Below are positions 1 through 13,215 of a stretch of 64,000 nucleotides of DNA, piece after piece. The DNA comes from Chiloscyllium plagiosum. Lineage: Eukaryota. The stretch covers positions 45,626,658-45,690,657 of the forward strand of contig NC_057719.1 of assembly GCF_004010195.1 (NCBI RefSeq), read 5' to 3'. The first letter of the stretch is position 1. Each line of letters opens with the position of its first letter. The position numbers were made by a program, and so were the translations under genes. The notes under the pieces were generated by a model that searched no databases, had not been told where the DNA came from, and worked only from the letters and a program-made list of their open reading frames with translations.

Positions 1-310
1 TGATAAAGACCAAATAATCTCTTCATATGATTTTGAAACAAGGATAAATATTGGTCATGACAACACAGGGTAACTCCCTGCTCTCGTATGAAACAGAACA
101 ATAGAATTTTTAAAATCCACATGCAGGATCAATTGGGGCTCATGTTTATTATTTCATGTGTATGGTAATTTCTCAAACAAAGCAGCAATCACTCAGTACT
201 GGAGTGTCAACCTTGATTTGTTTGTGCAAGTTCAGTTGAGAAGCTTCAGGGCAAGTATTGACTTGAGGATGGAAATCTCTGACTTAGAGGCAGATTACCA
301 ATTCAGCCAG
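1..310 (-). mobile_element. Degenerate Deu-domain SINE (SacSINE1/AmnSINE-like)
   Basis: The reverse complement resembles the Deu core (gagcagggagttaccctgtgttgtc...ccaatatttatcc) and the copy at 48955-49330. Confidence 0.55.
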
Positions 311-1279
311 AGTGACATAATATTCTCAGGATGAGAAATTGGACTCATTATTACATGTAGACCAGTGGCCATATTGCTGTAGGCTCGAACATGCATGTAG
401 TGAACATCTGTTGAAGGTTCATGGAACAGGAAAATTGTGACATCAACCAAAGTACCGTACTAAATTGATGGCAACGAAATTGTGAAGCTCGGTAGTGCAG
501 CCAACATTTTTTCTTATTATTACATCATTGAATAAGCATGCATTAGCCGTAAGGATTCTTACCCCATCCTCTGCTCCTGCCAGCCCAACTGCACAATTTA
601 AAGGAATAATCAGCTATTCGTAGTTTAGTTGCTTGTTGAACTTTTCTGATTGTTATTCCAATCTTATAGGTGTTTCATGCTTTTTATAAATGTTTCAAGT
701 TGCAAACATCTACAAGGACTGATGTAGCAGGCACATACACATTTTTATTGACTTCAAAACTTCTACATAAATCAGATCCCATAAATAGCTAAGCTTTCCC
801 TTGGAAAACAACATACTTTGAAGAACAAAATGAAAAGGGAAAGTAATTTCAGGAAAGAGGGGAAGAAAGTCGAAGAGAACTCTCAGCAGGAAACCATATT
901 GCAATGACTCCCATGGGGACAATATCTTCTAGAAAGAGATTAGAATTTCCCAGCGGCAGACAAAAAGAATCACACAAAATTTCAAATCATAAAACTATAA
1001 CTGTAAAAGACAAATTAAAACCAATATACACATTACACAATAAGGAACTAATGTACCAGAAAAGAAGTTTCATATTAACTATTTAACACATCCATAAATA
1101 CTTTATAGCCTATTTATATCTTACCCCACATTGATATGTAGACTTGTGCTATAAATACCACATTCTTCCCAGCTTTTCAGAATGCTCCCTTTTCCCTACA
1201 ATACTCAGGTAAGTCTTCCAGTGTCCTTTGAAATTCTCTTCATTCAGTCTTCTCACTATTCCTGTAATGACTTCTAGTA

Positions 1280-1532
1280 CAGTCAGTTCTTCTATAACAC
1301 AGTGGTTGTGTTCTTGTGTGACCCCGCGTTAAAGAAAAATCACACTTTAGAAACAACGCTTAAAATATTGGTGCTGTAATCATGTTGCAGCCAATACATG
1401 CTTTGAAAGTTTGTGTTGTAGAAACAACACTCCCAATTCGTCAATCATCTTTTTGCAACAGCGTCTCCAATTCGTCAATCACGTTACAGCGAATTCTCAT
1501 TTAAGAAACATGCGATATAACAGAACAACCTG
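1280..1532. mobile_element. Tc1/mariner (Tigger-like) MITE
   Basis: Begins TA|CAGTCAGTTCTTCTATAAC and ends in an imperfect inverted copy ...ATATAACAGAACAACCTG. Internal direct repeat ccaattcgtcaatca. Confidence 0.55.
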
Positions 1533-1937
1533 CACCATGACCCAGCCTGGTGAATGCTTGACCTTTAAATCTCCACAGGTTCCTGTTTCTTTGAACAGAA
1601 AACTAGTTCGCTTCAGCATCTTGGTCAATGGCTAACACAAAGCAACCTTGTTCTCTGTTTTGCACAGCAATAGCCATCTATGTCTCCCTTTCCATATTTC
1701 TGAGCTTAAACATGTCTGTCTACAATCTACCCTCCCATCCTGGCACTTTCCCCTGCCACTGCAGGAACTGTAAAACCTGTGCCCACCCCTCCTCCCTCAC
1801 CTCTATCCAAGGCCCTAAAGGAGCCTTCCACAACCATCAAAGTTTTACTTGCACATCCACTAATATCATTTATTGTATCCGTTGCTCCCGATGCGGTCTC
1901 CTCTACATTGGGGAGACTGGGTGCCTCCTAGCAGAGC

Positions 1938-1978
1938 NNNNNNNNNNNNNNNNNNNNNNNNNNNNNNNNNNNNNNNNN
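1938..1978. other. Assembly gap (N run)
   Basis: Run of n in the sequence. Confidence 1.
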
Positions 1979-2190
1979 TAGTTCTAAACTTCCAGCTCAG
2001 CACTGTCCCCATGACTTGTCTGGACTTGTCCTACCTGCCTATCTCCTTTTCCACCTATCCACTCCACCCTCTCCTCCCTAACCTATCACCTTCATCCCCT
2101 CCCCCACTCACCCATTGTACTCTATGCTACTTCCTTCCCACCCCTACCCTCCTCTAGCTTATCTCTCCACACTCCAGGCTCACTGCCTTT

Positions 2191-2226
2191 ATTCCTGATG
2201 AAGAGCTTTTGCCCGAAACGTCGATT
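2191..2226 (+). ncRNA. Minimal hammerhead ribozyme motif in Penelope pLTR
   Basis: attc-CTGATGA-a-GAGC tttt GCCC-GAAA-C-GTC-gatt. Core intact, one mismatch in stem II, palindromic ACGT stem III, predicted cleavage after 2222. Confidence 0.75.
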
Positions 2227-3409
2227 TCGAAGCTCCTTGGATGCTGCCTGAACTGCTGTGCTCTTCCAGCACCACTAATCCAGATGTCCAGAAAGTGTAC
2301 CTACATCTCTTTTGTCAAAGTGTGATGGCCACCCAATTTTCCAAAAGTGTGAGTTAAAGATTATGTGAGTCTTTCTCTGGCAGAATGGCCATAAGTAGAC
2401 CATACATTCACTCCTAGCAATCTATCTTACTTCAAACTAACGGAAACAGTTTAAAAGTTGAATATTTCATATAGTCTCATGTACAAAACAATGGCAACAT
2501 AGTGAACATTTCTCCTGTGTAAGCCATTGTGGGAAACAATTGTGAATTGTCTGTACTTCAGTAAGGATGATCTCACTGAAATGTAAGGAATTTGTATGAG
2601 TATGCATTTACTGTAAATTGTTGAGGATTGTGTACTATTATTTAAAGGTCACACCCACATAAACTTAAATAATAAGGTTACATGATTATCAAAACTTAAC
2701 AATTACACATATTAATAGATATTTTAGCCTTTGGTTTTACTGTTGAATTATAACTTTCATTACTAACTAATTAATTAATTGTACTTTTTAAAAACCAATC
2801 AATGAATCTGTTTAAAGAGATTGTAATCGTGATCTGGGACATGAAATTCTGTAGCACCACTAATACTGATAAGGAAGGTAAATGTAAAAAATGAGAAAAT
2901 GGTACGCGTGCTTCAGGGAAGTGCACCAGCATAGGGAGTGGCATGTGGGCCAATAAGATCAGGAGACTTCTGAATCTTGGACCATACAGGTCCAGTGTAT
3001 ATATATTATCCCATAATCATTCTTAGCTGAACCTTTTATCAACCACGTGAGGAAGAGCCTCCCCCTAATCGTGCTATTTAAAGAGCAGCTATCTAACTTA
3101 CAGGCTAGATATTTTTGACTTGCTTCTACCTTATCAACATTTATTGAAACAAAGTGACTTGTTTTTGAAGATCTTTTGGACAGCTGGTGCATCTATTCAG
3201 GGAACATATAGCATCGATGCAAAAGGTGTGAGGCTTTTCTGGCAGTGGTCCCATGTCTGGAAAATGACCAAAAAAGGAAGTTGAGGCATTCTGTGAAGCC
3301 CTGTGATTATTCACAGGTGTCCATTATCTAACCCAAACATCTGATATGACATGAAGTGTAACATTGTTCAAATTCTTCAATACAGTACTTGGCACTCAAA
3401 TTTTTTTTC

Positions 3410-3890
3410 ATTCATTGGAAGTGGTGTCTATTGGTGAGCATTTATGGCCAACCCTAAGTCCACTAGAGATTTTTATGGAGAGCTGTCTTCTCAAACTGCT
3501 GCAGTTCTTGGGGTGTAGAGAAACCCTCAATGTTTTAGGGTGGCAGTTCCAGGAACTTGATCCAGTGACAATGAGGGAAGAGCAATTTAGTTCCAAATCA
3601 GAATACCTTGGAGGTGGTGCTCCCATGTATCTTCTGCCATTGTCCTTCCAGATGGTAGAGGTGTCATGTTTGGGGGGCATTGTTGAAGGAACCTGTGTGA
3701 ATTACTGCTGTACATCCTGTAGGTGGTACTCAATTCTGCTACTGAGTGTCAGTGGTGGAGGAAGTGAATGCTTGGGGATGTGGTGGCAATCGAGCAGGCT
3801 GCTTTGTCCTGGATAGTGTCAAGCTTTCTGAATGTTATTGGAGTTGTACACATTCAGGCAGGTGGACAGTATTCTATCACATTCCTAACA
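3410..3890 (-). mobile_element. Old CR1/L2-group LINE 3' fragment
   Basis: Similar to 9975-10290, 46385-46860 and 59790-60730. Its 3' tail is shared with the SINE at 34118. Confidence 0.6.
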
Positions 3891-4104
3891 CGTGCTGCAC
3901 TAGAAATTATAAGCTCTAGCAAAGCAACCAAGTACTTCAGAACCTTACATTGAGTCAGGGAATTCATTAAAAGTATGTTTTACAAATTTTAATGGTAGTT
4001 TCTAAAATTTATTATCACTTTTAAATACCATTTATGTCTAATTTTTGAAAGCTACAAGTGTATCATATTGGCCTTCTCCTGAGATCCCCAGCATCACAGA
4101 TGCC

Positions 4105-4605
4105 AGTTTTGCACTCCTTATCTAAGGAGAGAAATATTGGCATTGAAGGCAGTCGAGGGAAAATTCACTAGGCTACTCCTGGGTATGGACTGTCTTATGA
4201 GAAGAAGTTGAGTAATTTAGGCCTGCACTGACTACAGTTTAGAAAAATGAGAGGTGGCCTTATTGAAACATTCAAGATTCTTAGACAACTTGACAGGATA
4301 GATGTGGACAGGATAGTTATCTCCCCTTATAGGAAAATCTAGGACTAGTGGACAGAACTTCAGAATGAGGGATTGCCCATATGTGGAGGAATGTGTTCTC
4401 TCAGAGGGTAGTGAATCTGTGGAAATTTTTATAGCAAAGAGATATTGAGGTTAGATTTTTAATCAGTAAAGAAATTAAGGGTTATGGACAAAGAGCTGGA
4501 AAGTGGAGTTCAGGATTATCAGTTCCCCCTTATCATTATATGGTGGAACAAACTCAATGGGCTGAATGGCCTACTACCACTTCCATGTCTCATGGTATTA
4601 TGTCT
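4105..4605 (+). mobile_element. Degenerate CR1 LINE 3' fragment
   Basis: Remnant of RRMRGDLIETFKIL and the CR1-type 3' UTR (tggctgaatggcctac). Confidence 0.75.
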
Positions 4606-4964
4606 AGTCCACAAACAATACTTCTATACTCTCACCTTCCCCTTATAATCAGTGATGGGAGATCACATCAGATCACATGGAGCTGGGACATGAGGGCCGA
4701 GGTTCTAATGGAGTTCTGCATATGCATCTCCTTGTAAACAGTGTAAATAGCTAATAAATATTCATTAGTTTGCATTCATATGCTTTCCAGTCCTTATCTG
4801 TCAAAAGACTCCAGACCTAGTAGTTGTATTTATACAGCATAGTCCAAAGTCAGACCTGCTAAGACCAGAACTGCTCAAGGCCCCACTGAAGACAACAGGC
4901 CTTTAGCAGCCAGCTATGCTGCAGTGACTGAGGTAACATTGTGTATGAGCACTAGGTGAGGGGA

Positions 4965-5900
4965 ACCTAGCAATCGGACTGGGCCATTTAGTCGCTCAAG
5001 TCTTTTCCACTATTCAGTAAGGTCATGGCTGCTGTCTGACTTAACTCCATACATCCACCTTTTCCCCACAATCCTAATTCCTTTGCGGAAAAAAAACAAG
5101 TTCCCAATTTTATAATTAAGAATTTAACTTGCATTAATTGCCTTTTGAGGAAATGAGTTTCAAACTTCTAAACACCCTTTCCATGAAGATGTGTTTCCTG
5201 CTCTCACTCCTGAAAGGCTTGGCTGTATTTTTTAGTATGTTGTCTTATTCTTATACCTGCCAGCTAGTGGAATGGCTGTCTCTAATCAATCTTATCTGTT
5301 GTCTTGAAAATTTGATTCAAGTCACCACACCACCTTCCAAATTTCAGAGAATTCAACCTTAATTTTTTTTAAATGTCACTTTGTGATTTAATCCTTTGGA
5401 GTACATATGTAATTCTAGTAAATCTATAAAGCACTTCCTCTCAGAGCAATATATTCTTTCTACAAGGTAATGCCCAAAACTGCTCACAGTACTGAAGATG
5501 TGATTCAACCATAGTTTTGTACAGTTGATGTCTGATTTCTATCCCTTGTAGTTTGATGCTCTAGCTGTGGATGCCAGCATTCCATTAACCTTGTTGATTA
5601 CATTCTGTGCCTATTCATGACATTTTAATTAATACGATCTCTGGACAGCCAAGCCTTTCTAGATCTCCACATTTTCTAAGATTTTATGAGTTGTAAAATG
5701 CACTGTTCTTTCCTATTCTATTCTATCTGAAGGGCATGACCTAAAGCTGACTTACATTGAAGTTCAAATGCCACAGTTTTTCCCAATTACTCAATCAGTC
5801 AGTAACTTTATACTTTTATATATATTGCTCACAATTGCCGATTGTTGTATCATCAGCAAATTTATGGTTTGTCTCATGAAGTTATTCATCAAGTCTAACC
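4965..5900 (-). mobile_element. Degenerate CR1 LINE 3' fragment
   Basis: Reverse complement of the CR1 3' UTR and RT C-terminus (cccaaaactgctcacagtact). Confidence 0.6.
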
Positions 5901-7683
5901 ATTCTGTAACCAAAACTGAGCAATGCACTCCAGATGTGAACTCATCAGCTTAATGTGCAATTGCAGCATAATTTCCACTGCCATACATTCTACTGTTCAG
6001 AATATATAGTCCAGCTTTGTTGATAGTCACACCACATTGAATACATTAAGCAGTGACCAATTTTGGACTAATTTTTCAAGTCTTCATCCATGCTGAGGTG
6101 CTGCATCTGCTGCCAGTACATACTAGAACATTATTGATTCGGAGTTAAGATTGGAAAATGCATCCCATTTCATCTAGCATTAGCCTGTATTCTCTGAGCT
6201 ATATTGTCAGTATCAGTGACTCTTCACTGGCTGTCTGAATTCAGCTTTGGAAGTTAAACAAAAGACCTGTAACTGCATGAGTCATATTGTGAAAAGAGGG
6301 TAATATTTGCATTTGTAAAGGAAAACTCAGCATATGGACCTCTATTAAAAAGGAGCTTCATAAATATTTAATTAAAGGTTAAAGGAGAAAGGACAGGCAG
6401 GGCTATAGCACTAAGTGTTAAGTCTGATGGCACCAGACTTTGTTCCTTAATTTAAAACATGTGACTCTGAAAGGGCTTGTAAGAAAATGAAAATTAATTT
6501 CACAGCTGGATGCATTGACTAATCTTTCACCAATCTTGACCCCTGGGTATTACATCACCCAGATAATTAATGAATCAGGATGCAGCATTGAGCTCTATAC
6601 CCTTAATATTTCACAAGCGAATGTTTGAAGCCCTGACACAATACAATTTTCATTGTCTGTCAAGGCCAACCCTATCTACCAAATACTGAAACACCAATTT
6701 CAAAAAGTCATGTAAATAATATTTGAATATGCTAACACATTTTAGAAACTGACATTAAACTTTATAAAACATGAGTCTTTACTGAATTCCCCCGACTATT
6801 GCAAGATTTTGAAGTAGTGAATTACATTGCTAGAGTTTAATTTAATTTCCATAAGGACCCAAATGACTATATGCCAGAAATTATACTGATTATTATTTGG
6901 ACTGAAGCTAACAATTCCTATCTCCTCTATGATCCTCAAATTATACTGCACTGTTGACTGACATCCCTTCACAATCTTTCATCATGTTAGCAGCAGATTA
7001 AATAGCTGCTCTTGTCCCAAAGTGCTATTCACAATCTAGTAATGTAACAGCATTTCTTTTGTTTTATTCTAATTGCTGTTGCCACTGAAATCTAACATTC
7101 TAAATGATTAATACACTTCAATAAACTGAACAAGGTAGTCATGAGGGCCTGGACTTTATGCTCCTCTATCATTGGATTTGAAGGTCAGAGGGCATGTAAA
7201 ATCCAGCAGGTAGTCTTCCTGCTGCCTTTACACCCGCCCCCAGGCTGTCAGAAATTTTACAGAAGATTGCAGATCTTTGGGCCTAATCAGGTACTTAAAC
7301 AAGTGGTCAATTAATAGCCTGTTAAGCATTTCATACCCTCACCACTGGTATTTTACCCAGAGTGGAAAAGGCCTCCACAGTGTTGACATCAGACATGGGT
7401 GAAACCACTTTAGTGGACATCCTGGGCCAATTGGTAGCCCCTCACTGAAAGCCTATGCTCCTTTCTCCTTCCCCCAGTCTCTTAAACCAGGTCCCCCAAC
7501 AACCATTGTGAAGTCCCTGACCCTAAATGTACTTGGGCTCCTTGACTGCTGGAACTACCCGTGGTCGGAGTTATAGCCCTGTGCTCCCAGCTGGCATTCC
7601 TTGGACTACATAACTGCCAAGTGCCCAACTGGCCAACATCCCTCTACATTGGGACATCCTGCTAAGAAAAAGTGGAAGTCTCT

Positions 7684-7990
7684 CATAGAGTCATAGAAAT
7701 GTATAGCATGGAAACAAACCCTTTGGTCCAACTCGTCCATGCCAACCAGATACCTCAACCCTATCTAGTCCTACCTGTCGGCACGTGGCCCATATTTGTC
7801 CAAATCCTTCCTATTCATATACCCATCCAGATGCCTTTTAAATGTTGCAATTGTACTAGCCTCCAGCACTTCCTCTGGCAGCTCATTCCATACATGTACC
7901 GTCCTCTGCATGTAAAGGTTGTCCCTTAGGTCTCTTAAGTATCATTCTCCCCTCACCCTAAATCTATGCCGTCTAGTTCTGGCCTCCCAC
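7684..7990 (-). mobile_element. CR1 (HER1-like) LINE 3' end
   Basis: catagagtcataga tail, near-identical to the other young CR1 3' ends in the window. Confidence 0.9.
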
Positions 7991-8769
7991 CCCCCCCAAT
8001 AGCAATTCACACTGCTCCACACTTTAAGTTGCTATGGGGCAGCCATTGAGATTGTGGGCAGTTTCCCCTACTGACCTTTTAGTCAGGGGAAAGTGAGTCA
8101 TTTTTATAATGGGATAAGAGGGTGGTTCATGATATCTGGCTGTTACAGAACATACTTCATCAGATAATATTAGTGGCCAAGTATTAACACAGCTTGGAAG
8201 ACTTCCTCCCTGCTCTCCACAAACTCTCAACTTATTATGAAACAATAATGTTGCCCTAAGTTAATATGTCTCCTTCCTATTCCCAAGGCTTTTTAACAAC
8301 TCAGTCATCTCTGCAGTGACATCCAAGTGTCTGGGAAACCAAGATATGAATTAAGGCTGACACAAAGCATGTAAGACACAGGAAACATGATAGTGTACTT
8401 ATTTTTAACATTTTTTAAATGAAGCATGCTCATATTCTTCTATTAATGTTCTAATGACGTGGAACTTGGCAATTTAGTAAACACTGAGAATTGTATTAAT
8501 AGACTTCAGAAGGATATAAATACATGGTATTTGCCCAAATGACATCTCCAAAACATGTTGCATTTTGCCATCTCTACCAGCACGGGGTATTGGTTAGGGG
8601 TTATTCAAGGTGGTTTGTTCTTACTAATTGCCCTTTGATTTTACTTTGTCCTGGGTCTATCTCATGATTAGTGGCAGAGGATACAGCACTGGAGAGTAAG
8701 TACAGAAGGGGCACTGCTCTAAGATAACAAAATCATTTATTGCATGATAGCAAGATGTACATTGGGTGA

Positions 8770-9970
8770 GACAATTCTTATTCTTGTATGGGAATTGGGT
8801 ATCACTGGAAATACTAGCATTTGTTGCCCATCCCGAGAAGCCCATGAACTAATTGCTTCTCTAGGCCATTTCAAAGGGAAGTTAAGAGTAACTACATTGC
8901 TGTGCTCTGGTGTTCAATCCAGGCTGGAAGAGGTAAAAAAGGCAGAATTTCTTCCCTAAAGGATGTTGGTAAACCAGATGGGTATTTACAACAGTCAACA
9001 ATAATTTAATGCCATAGTTAGTGACAGTAATGTTTCATTCTGAATTATTAACAAATTTAAATTCCATCACCTTTTGCTGGCAAGCCTGTTCAAATACCTT
9101 TGGGAAATCCATTTAGACCAGTGAATCAAATGTTTTTTATGTCAATCAATAAGGGTTAACCCTTGTGATGATGCTGCTCCTTTAACAAGGTTACGTTGTC
9201 CTTAATTTCTTTCAACAGGGGTTATAAAAGGCAAAGGTTCTGATTTATCTGAGAGTTGGTCACTTTGCTAATGGCTAACAGATACTACCTAAAGCAAGAA
9301 TCAGGAAAACTGTGATTGGACCTTTTTTAAAAACACTTATACAATGAAAGGGGAGTAGCTAGTTCTCCCCGTTCAGGGATTTTTCTAGTTTGGTTTAATT
9401 TTAGCTGAGGACCAAGAGAAACTGCTCCAGTAGAAAGAGGTTCCATGCTTCAGCAAATGATCCCTGGCTGATCCTCTCTTTCTCTCTGAATCTCTCCTGC
9501 CTGCTAGACCCTGTGATTAAATTTATCTTTTGCCAAAAGGTGCGTTTATGGGGATGTTGCAGGAAATTGGAACAGCTACTTTGTTAAATTACGAGGTTAT
9601 CATGTCAGTGGAATTTTCAAATCATTGTTATTCTAAATTCTATTTTCTTTTGTTCATGTGTCATTCGGTGGTATGTAAATAAATTGTTTTACTTGAAGTC
9701 AAGTGGTTTGATCAGCTGCATCACCCCTGGGGTATCCACCTTACATCTGCCTAAAACAGCTAAATAATTTAGGGTCTGGGCTACCTTCTGAAAATGTTTT
9801 GAGGGGTCTAGCCTGGTCCATAGTACTTTAGACTTGTTACTTAATTCCAAATGTTACTGAATTCAAATTCCACCATCTACCATGGCAGGATTTGAACCCA
9901 TGACCCCAGAACATTAACTTGTAGGTGCCAGAGTACTTGTATAATGACATTGTCATTATGCCATTGCCAC
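8770..9970 (-). mobile_element. tRNA-derived SINE (second family) fragments, split by an LTR-like insert
   Basis: The reverse complement matches 34118-34425 (ggatttgaaccc B-box region; aaaccagatggg). Confidence 0.6.
9164..9825 (+). mobile_element. Probable solo LTR
   Basis: About 660 bp insert starting TGTGATG, with AATAAA near 9678 and a degenerate end ggtccatagta. It interrupts SINE sequence. Confidence 0.5.
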
Positions 9971-10925
9971 CCCTGAACATAGTTACTCAGATCCTAGGAA
10001 GCTGGTACATCCAGAAAAACATTGACAAGAAGATATTGGTAACTCCACCACTTGCTAGCTCTCCTTCAAGCAAGTCACCACCCTGACTAGGAAATGTGTT
10101 GTTCCTTCAATGCCAAAGTCCTGGAAATCTGTCCAGGGATTGTGAGTGCAAAATTACAAAATTACAAAATGGACTGCAGTAGTTCAAGGAGGCGGCTCAC
10201 CACCAGCTTTGCAAGGACAGATAGGAATGATCAACAAATGTTGGCCCAGTCAGTGATGTTCATATCCAGTTAACAAACTTAAAGAAAGGTACATCTTCTC
10301 CCTCTAAAAATTGGAACAGAACATCATGTTTCCACCCAATCTATGGGTCAGTAATGTGACCTCAGCTATAGTAAATGTGATCAGATTTTGATGCCATATG
10401 ATCCATGTATCCAAAGATTAAGAGCTGAAAAGATTTGCTAAAAAATATGAAGAGCTACAGTTATATGGAGAGATTGAAAATGTGGGTTATACTTCTAAGA
10501 GCAGAGGCGGTGAGACTGAGGAGAGAAATGTGTGTAAAATAATGAACAGTCTTACTGGAGTAAATAAGGAGAAACTGTTTCTAGTGACAAAAGGGGGATC
10601 CATTTAACTGATGCTGCCAAACCTGAATGTTTCCAGCATTTTCAGTTTTGATTTCAGATATCCAGCATCCAAAGTATTTTGCTTTTGACAGAGAGTTAGG
10701 TGATTAATAAAAGAAGTAGAGGCAACATGAGAAAAATAAGTATTGTGGTCTAGGATGCATTGCCTGAAGGATTGAGGGGGTATAGAAACAACAGTAACAT
10801 TCATATGAGAGGAGCGAATTACTGCAGATGGCGGGATGTGTCCTGCTGAAGACTCATCTAGATTTGAAACATTAGCTTGTTCTCTCTCCATGGATGCTGA
10901 CTGACATGCTGTGATCTCTAGCATT

Positions 10926-13215
10926 TAGAGTCATAGAGTCAGAGATGTACAGCATGGAAACAGAACCTTCGATCTAACTTGTCCATGCCGACTAGATATC
11001 CCAACTCAAATCTAGTCCCATCTGTCGGCACCCAGCCCATATCCCTGCAAACCCTTCCTATTCATATACCCATCCAGATGTGAAATGTTGTAATTGTACC
11101 AGCCTCCACCACTTCCTCTGGCAGCTCAATCCATACACATACCACTCTCTGTGTGAAAAGGTTGCCCCTTAGGTCTCTTTTATATCTTTCCCCTCTCACC
11201 CTAAACCTATGCTGTCTAGTTTTGGACTCCCTATACCCCAGGGAAAAGACCTAGTCTATTTATCCAATCCATGCCCCTCATGATTTTATAAACCTCTATA
11301 AGGTCACCCCTCAGCCTTCGACGCTCCAGGGAAAACAACCCCCCAGCCTATTCAACCTCATCCCTGTAGCTCAAATCCTCCAACCCTGGCAACATCCTCG
11401 TAAATCTTTTCTGAACCATTTCAAGTTTCACAACATCTTTCCGATAGGAAGGAGACCAGAATTGCATGCAATATTTCAACAGTGGCCTAACCAATGTCCT
11501 GTACAGCCGCAACATGACCTCCCAACTCCTGTATGCAGTACTCTGACCAATAAAGTAAAGCATACTAAACGCCTTCTTCACTATGCTTTCAACCTGTGAC
11601 TCCACTTACAAGGAGCTATGAACCTGCATTCCAAGGTCTCTTTGTTCAGCAACACTCCCGGGACCTTACCATTAAGTGTATAAGTTGTGCTAAGATTTTC
11701 TTTCTCAAAATGCAGCACCTCACATTTATCTAAATTAAACTCCATCTGCCACTTCTCAGCTCATTTGGCCCATCTGGTCATGATCCCATTGTGATCTGAG
11801 GTAACCTTCTTTGCTGTCCACTACACCTCCAATTTTGGTGTCATCTGCAAACTTACTAAGTATATCTCTTATGCTCACATCCAAATCATTATATAAATGA
11901 TGGAAAGTAGAGGGCCCAGCACCGAGCCTTGTGGCACTCCACTGGTCACAGGCCTCCAATCTGTAAAACAACCCTCCACTACCATTCTCTGTCTTCCACC
12001 TTTGAGTCAGTTCAGTACCCAAGTGGCTAGTTCTCCCTGTATTCCATGAGATCTAACCTTGCTAATCAGTCCCCATGGGGAACCTTGTCGAACGCCTTAC
12101 TGAAGTCCATTTAGATCACATCTACCGCTCTGCCTTCATCAATCCTCTTTGTTACTTCTTCAAAAAACTCAATCAAGTTTGTGAGACATGATTTCCCATG
12201 CACAAAGCTACGTTGACTATCCCTAATCAGTCCTTGCCTTTCCAAATACATGTACATCCTGTCCCTCAGGATTCCCTCCAACAACTTGCTCACCACTGAG
12301 GTCAGGCACACTGGTCTACAGTTCCCTGGCTTGTCCTTACCATCTTTCTTAAACAGTGGCACCACGTTAGCCAACCTCCAGTCTTCTGGCACCTCACCTG
12401 GCACTATCAATGATACAAATATCTCAGCAAGAGGCCCAGCAATCACTTCCCTAGCTTCCCAAAGGATTCTAGAGTACATCTGATCAGGTCCTAGAGATTT
12501 ATCCACTTTTATGCGTTTCAAGACATCCAGCACTTGCTCTATGTTATTTGGACATTTTTCAAGATGTCACCATCTATTTTTTATATTCTATATTTTCCAT
12601 GTCATTTTCCACAGTATATACTGATACAAAATATTCATTTAGTATCACCCCATCTCCTGCCGCTCCACACAAAGGCTGCCTTGTTGATCTTTGAGGGGCC
12701 CTATTCTCTCCCTAGTTAACCTCTTGTTCTTAATGTATTTGTAAAATACATTAACTCTATTTGCTAAAGCTATCTCATGTCCCCTTTGATCTCTCTCTTA
12801 AGTATACTTCTACTGCTTTTATACTCTTCTAAGGATTCACTCGATCTATCCTGTCTATACCTGACATATGCTTCCTTCTTTTTTTTCTTAACTAAACCCT
12901 CAATTTCTTTAGTCATCCAGCATTCCCTACACCTACCAGCCTTTCCTTTCACACTGACAGGAATATACTGTCTCTGGATTCTTGTTATCTCATTCCTGAA
13001 AACTTTCCATTTTCCAGCTGTCCCTTTACCCGTGAATATCTGCCCCCAATTAGCTTTTGAAAGTTCTTGCCTAATACTATCAAAATTGGCCTTTCTTCAA
13101 TTTAGAACTTCAACTTTTAGATCTAGTCTATCCCTTTCCATCACTATTTTAAAACTAACAGAATTATGGTTGCTGGCCCCAGAGTGCTCCCCCACTGACA
13201 CTTCAGTCATCTGCT
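10926..13215 (-). mobile_element. CR1 LINE, about 2.3 kb 5'-truncated pseudo-ORF2 (RT)
   Basis: ORF pieces [42 protein letters not shown] and LYRTLVRPLLKYC, with frameshifts and a CTCTATGA tail. Confidence 0.97.

Larger units (their letters stand above)
1725..2283 (+). mobile_element. Penelope-like element 3' fragment (GIY-YIG endonuclease plus pseudo-LTR with hammerhead)
   Basis: PGTFPCHCRNCKTC (Cys-rich linker) ...NIIYCIRCSRCGLLYIGETG is a GIY-YIG motif. It is followed by a pyrimidine tract and a terminal repeat. Contains an N gap. Confidence 0.9.

Noticed and set aside
710..1086. Short ORFs with splice-like signals on both strands
   Set aside because: No recognisable protein and no partner exons.
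6525..6570. NLDPWV, like the prostanoid receptor TM7 motif
   Set aside because: In-frame stops lie a few codons on either side, and there is no suitable splice acceptor.
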